Positions 7,801 to 11,996 of a DNA stretch of 11,996 nt are shown piece after piece. The translations under genes and the position numbers were made by a program. Source of the stretch: Paramicrosporidium saccamoebae KSL3 (Eukaryota > Fungi > Cryptomycota); contig MTSL01000157.1 of NCBI GenBank assembly GCA_002794465.1, positions 30,321 to 42,316 on the forward strand. Direction: 5' to 3'. Positions within the stretch are counted from its first letter, which is position 1. Each line of letters begins with the position of its first letter. The notes under the pieces are model-generated. The model was given only the letters and a program-made list of their open reading frames with translations. It ran no database searches and was not told the origin of the DNA.

Positions 7801-8674
7801 ATGCGTCCGGCAACCCACAGCGGAAGCTGGTACTCTGCAAATCGTATAGTCTGGCCCTAATCCTAACCAGCTAGCCGAGGATTTGCAATCCCAGATACGG
7901 CGGTGGCTTGATACGGCGACTGTAGAGGCATGCAACGCAAAGGTCGTGATCGTTCCTCATGCAGGCTATAAATATTCGGCATTTACCGCTGCCCATAGCT
8001 ACAAGGCATTGGCGCAGAGTAAGCAGTGGAGACGGGTTATCGTTCTCGGTCCCTCCCATCGCGCCATATTGCCTTCAGCATGTGTAAAGTGTCCATTTGA
8101 CGTAATTGCAACTCCGTTGGGCCCTATGCATGTTGGCACCCTGTCTGGTCCGATGCATACCGGGTCCCCCTCGATTGATCAAAATGAGCACTCTTTGGAG
8201 ATGCAGTTTCCATTCATAAAGTTTTGCTTCCCCAATGCACATGTCATTCCAATCCTTGTTGGTGATCTGGGGCACGATAGAGAAAAGTATGCCCACATTC
8301 TGGCTGAGGAATTGCTGGACAAAGATACGGCACTGGTAATTAGCAGCGATTTCTGCCACTGGGGAAACAATTATTCATATGCGCCTTCCCTTGGAGCCTC
8401 GGGAACGATGAGCGGGAGAATCCAAGCACTGGACATGAAGGGGATGGATAGCATTTTCACGGGCGATTTCCGGCTGTTCGGCAAATATTTGCAACAAACC
8501 CGAAATACAATCTGTGGTAGGAATCCGATCATGTTGGGACTGCAGATTATTGAACAAGCACAAATAAAGGGCGAATGGAAGCTGCAACACTACAGCCAAA
8601 GTGCACATATCCAATCATACGATCCAAACCAATACTCTGTGAGTTATCTATCGGCAGCCTTTTGTGTATCGTAG
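7801..8674 (+). CDS. MEMO1: MEMO1/MHO1 family protein (AmmeMemoRadiSam protein B-like, dioxygenase-like fold); exons 7801-7843 and 7875-8674; 280 aa
   Basis: MRPATHSGSWY (exon 1), PHAGYKYS, GPSH, EHSLEMQ, SSDFCHWG, NTICGRNPI and SVSY match MEMO-family motifs. Confidence 0.95.
7844..7874 (+). other. 31-nt intron
   Basis: GTATAG...CCTAAC CAG CTAG. Only the distal TAG restores the frame (SANPEDLQ). Confidence 0.88.
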
Positions 8675-8841
8675 CATTGCTTTATTTCTCCGAGATAAAT
8701 GAGTGTTGTGTTGTGTGGGTATTGGAGGATAGGAGTGTCAAGCTTTCCGTCTTTCCAATTTTTCTTTCATATATGACATATCAGGGATAAGGGGCTTTTA
8801 TTACAGACACGTACCCTGCTAGAGAGCAGAAATTCATAAAT

Positions 8842-10072
8842 TCATAAATATGCAGTCTGGTTAGGATTGTTGCAAGTAAGGACCCTATATATGCGTTTTG
8901 ATAGAGATGGTCCCAATGTTCTATTTCCGCCCAATGGGATGTCGGCGAGGAGCATTTCGCCCTGCATTTGGTCCGATTCATTGTATCGGCGCAGCAGACT
9001 ATCCATGGTTGGGAATGAGGCTGCAATTGCCGTAGCTACAGTTGGAGTGACTCTGCCTATCTCTTCGAGAATCCGCCTCCACGTGCCACTTAGTGTAGTG
9101 CCACAGCGTTTTGAGGCCACGACACAAAAATTGCCAGTTTCATGGCGATGACCATATGGTTCCCAGGCCACACACTTGGTCATTTCGAGAAGATGGTCTG
9201 GTAACTGGTCGACATGGTCCAAAAACTGTATGCGTACTCCATTTTCGAGACCAGCGAGCCATAGGGCTTGTTCCAGCTCATCCCAGGTTGGAAGCTTTTT
9301 TGTGGGCGTCAGCACTAGTCGTGTGCCAGTAAGGACAGCGCGTCGGAACTCTTTGTTAATTTCCGAAGCTAGTCTTGACGACAGAGCCTTTCCACCAATG
9401 ATGAGAAAATATACTTGATCATATGTAGAGGGTATGAGACGTTGGTGCCTTGACAGAAATTCCAATACCGCCTCTTCCCCACCAGATTTTATATGGGCAT
9501 GGATGTCTTGAGAATCAAAAATGAGTGCAACAAATCGTGTCGAATCTAAAGGCGTTTGGCATTGTGAGCGGGCGCTATTAGACCTACTGGCGCTGGTACT
9601 ATTGGAGAGTTGGCGATTCCACAGTATTGCATTTTCAGCAAATAGTCGAACTGAGGCCGTTTCAACTGTCGACTGTAGCTTTGTAAACGCAGACATGTAT
9701 CGAAGGAAGAGACGATCGTCGACAAGGGCGCAAATCTCATTGATCGCCTCTGCCTTGACGCGCGGGGGACGTCCTAGGCGGACTCGCTTAGGGGGGCTGG
9801 CTTTCAAGGGTTCATCGTGACTTAACATGGACCCGCTCCGCTCAAGGCGGGGAGTGTCTCGGTCAGAGGACAAGACAATGACATTTTTACTAGCTGGGAG
9901 TTTGCGCTCCACTGGGCTGTTATAGCTGAGCCATTTTTTGCGAAACGAATTAAACAACGGAGTTGTGACGCCACCATTCCCTGCAGTGGGCGGGGAAGAT
10001 GAGACCAAATCAATGACTTTAACTTTTCCTGAAAATCAACCAAATAGCCCATTGCGTACCAGCTGTGTGCAT
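8842..10072 (-). CDS. EME1: EME1/MMS4 non-catalytic subunit of the MUS81 structure-specific endonuclease; exons 10072-10060 and 10028-8842; 399 aa
   Basis: N-terminal VIDLVSSSP; an ERCC4-like region ([17 protein letters not shown]...[11 protein letters not shown]); a C-terminal HhH region ([25 protein letters not shown]...LLADI...[12 protein letters not shown]). The track start is a TTG; the ATG comes from a 13-nt first exon. Confidence 0.85.
10029..10059 (-). other. 31-nt intron
   Basis: GTACGC...TTGATTTTCAG. Phase 1; gives [12 protein letters not shown]. Confidence 0.78.
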
Positions 10073-10190
10073 CCTGTCCGCCGCGAGGTACAATTGGCCG
10101 ACCGGGGTAGGGAAGTCGTCGCTAGAGATCGGCCTGTATCAGGTAGGCCCCTATCCATCCGTCCCCTTTAACTGGCATTTAGATAGACTA

Positions 10191-10964
10191 ATGGGTCGTG
10201 TTATCCGCACTCAGCGCAAAGGTCACGGAGGAATCTTCAAGGCCCACACCAAGCATCGTCAAGGTGCCGCCGCTTTCCGTCGTCTCGACTTTGCCGAACG
10301 CGAGGGATATATCCGCGGTGTCGTCCGTGAAATCGTGCATGATCCTGGCCGTGGTGCTCCACTTGCCAAGGTCGAGTTCCGCGACCCGTACCGCTACCGC
10401 AAGGTTGTTGAGACTTTTGTCGCCATCGAGGGCATGTACACTGGCCAGTTTGTCTACTGTGGCAAGAAGGCCACCCTGAGCGTTGGAAACATTCTCCCTC
10501 TGCAGTCTATGCCCGAGGGTACCATTGTCTGCAACGTTGAGGAGAAGGCTGGTGATGGTGGTTCCGTGGCCCGCTGCTCTGGAAACTACGCCACCGTCAT
10601 TGGACACAATGTCGATGATGGCACCACCCGTATTAAGATGCCCTCTGGCTCCAAGAAGCTCGTCTCTGGCCGCTGCCGCGCCATGATTGGACTTGTTGCT
10701 GGTGGTGGTCGTATTGACAAGCCTCTCCTGAAGGCTGGTCGTGCCTACTACAAGTACAAGGCCAAGCGCAACTGCTGGCCCAAGGTTCGTGGTGTTGCCA
10801 TGAATCCCGTTGACCATCCTCACGGAGGTGGTAACCACCAGCACGTTGGTCACGCCACCACCGTGTCTCGCTTCGCGCCGCCTGGCCAGAAGGTTGGTCT
10901 TATTGCTGCTCGTCGCACTGGTCTCCTCCGCGGAACAAAGAAGGTGCGTGAGACTACTGATTAA
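10191..10964 (+). CDS. RPL2: 60S ribosomal protein uL2 (fungal RPL2 / animal RPL8), 257 aa, no intron in the CDS
   Basis: [11 protein letters not shown]...[11 protein letters not shown]...[19 protein letters not shown]...[13 protein letters not shown], with strong C/T-ending codon bias. Confidence 0.99.
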   Translation: MGRVIRTQRKGHGGIFKAHTKHRQGAAAFRRLDFAEREGYIRGVVREIVHDPGRGAPLAKVEFRDPYRYRKVVETFVAIEGMYTGQFVYCGKKATLSVGNILPLQSMPEGTIVCNVEEKAGDGGSVARCSGNYATVIGHNVDDGTTRIKMPSGSKKLVSGRCRAMIGLVAGGGRIDKPLLKAGRAYYKYKAKRNCWPKVRGVAMNPVDHPHGGGNHQHVGHATTVSRFAPPGQKVGLIAARRTGLLRGTKKVRETTD

Positions 10965-10974
10965 GTACCGGATC

Positions 10975-10980
10975 AATAAA
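10975..10980 (+). terminator. Candidate polyadenylation signal for RPL2
   Basis: AATAAA 10 nt after the stop. Confidence 0.45.
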
Positions 10981-11345
10981 ATATATATCATCTACAAGGG
11001 GGGCTGTTACGTGAAACTGGCCGGCCGCTCGGTCTAGGGTCTTGGCATCTTAGATAGATTTATTTAGGCTGTCACTCTGTGGGATCCATTCCAAACTCTA
11101 GCTGTAACATTTACAGATTTTACAAAATTTAGCTCGTACGTAATGCAATATCCGGAACGTTGTGAGTCAGCCCTAATCTATCTACGTTTCATCAATTCCT
11201 AATTTCTGCATAAAAAGGAATCTTTACGTGTGGGCCGGACTGTTTTATCGTCTGCTCATGCAAGAATTACAATTTTAGGACTAGTGCTCCCGGAGGCGTT
11301 TTTATTAAACAATCATGCAACTATTAGAATGGTATCTATGTTACA

Positions 11346-11996
11346 TTACGCTTCCAAGCTGTGTAAAGCCGGATCTATCAGCAAGGAACAACACCTGCAT
11401 GATCTCTCTGCTGCTCTCATAAACCAAGAGCGCCCTGTGTAATGGTCAAAGATTACTACCATGTAATGTGTTAGAAACAGTTTGCCCTCCGGTCCCTCCA
11501 TGATGCACATCATAAATCCGAGAGATTTCCGAACGCGCATCCTTCCGTCCAGAAACATCTTGTCATGCCACAAATACGGCTCTTCAGAGCGGACAATGCC
11601 TGAGTGTAGCTGCGATCCTAGAAAAACCCCATCAGAAAACAAAAGACCGTGCCGATGCCGAGAAAGTAGCCCGCGCCCGATAGTGCAGTCAGCAGCACGG
11701 ATAGAATAGTATCGGTGGATAAAACGACAAGCCAACCCAACCCAACCACGTGCTAAACTCTCTTCTGTCCCCAAGAGTGATATGTCGTCTTCTTGCACAA
11801 TCAACTGTATCATATTCATCGTAATATCCGAGGGTCAATGAACTGGGTTTATCCTAAACCGAAAATAGGAGCCCGAGATGCTTCAAATCCTGAAAGCCGT
11901 TGGCTGTGAGCTGATCTCCGGGGCGAATCTTGGCAACTATAAACGAGCGAATACTGAGTCGCGTAATGAGCCAGTAGAATAAGGGATATGGCACAA
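11346..11996 (-). CDS. Hypothetical protein, 5' end beyond the window; probable exons >11994-11860 and 11804-11346
   Basis: The 157-aa ORF can be joined in frame by a phase-0 GT-AG intron (11859-11805, 55 nt) to a frame that stays open to the window edge (VPYPLFYWLITRLSIRSFIVAKIRPGDQLTANGFQDLKHLGLLFS). Minus-strand AATAAA at 11306-11301 follows the stop. Confidence 0.55.

Noticed and set aside
7753-7935. Upstream extension of the CLASP ORF, and in-frame MEMO1 ATG at 7756
   Set aside because: The CLASP extension is antisense to MEMO1 exons and shows no homology. ATG 7756 lies 4 bp from the CLASP start, while MEMO homology begins at 7801.
8075-10171. Small ORFs overlapping MEMO1 and EME1
   Set aside because: Shadow ORFs with no recognisable features.
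10065-10190. 42-aa N-terminal extension of RPL2
   Set aside because: uL2 conservedly starts MGRVIR; the extension overlaps the EME1 start and the promoter region.
10188-11037. 267-aa antisense ORF and alternative-frame ORFs over RPL2
   Set aside because: A by-product of strong codon bias in a highly expressed gene; the product is T/S/L-rich with no motif.
10981-11345. Possible ncRNA or snoRNA in the longest intergenic gap (also 3840-4037)
   Set aside because: No convincing C/D or H/ACA boxes or tRNA structure by eye; an Infernal/Rfam scan would be needed.
11230-11709. + strand ORFs 11230-11442 (GTG start) and 11482-11709
   Set aside because: Short, overlap the better-supported minus-strand gene, and have no motifs.

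Overview
Gene-dense, compact eukaryotic DNA with tiny GT-AG introns (28-34 nt). It looks fungal or fungal-adjacent; a reduced early-diverging lineage such as Rozellomycota is my inference and is unverified. After manual splicing I find eight genes in strictly alternating orientation: (1) + a ~1186-aa protein with a hidden MGNAQT myristoylation exon, two tandem catalytically dead alpha/beta-hydrolase folds and an apparently intact PKA-like AGC kinase; (2) - a myristoylated calcineurin-B/CHP-like EF-hand protein; (3) + a probable orphan gene; (4) - a compact CLASP/STU1 with an internal tandem-repeat array; (5) + MEMO1/MHO1, starting 48 bp head-to-head with CLASP; (6) - EME1/MMS4; (7) + ribosomal protein uL2 (RPL2/RPL8); (8) - an unknown gene running off the right edge. 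The best novelty candidate is the myristoylated double-pseudo-hydrolase/PKA-like kinase fusion. Also notable are a 70-bp duplication that copies the stop codons of both convergent genes, and the ultra-short intron system. All family calls come from motif recognition by eye, not database searches.
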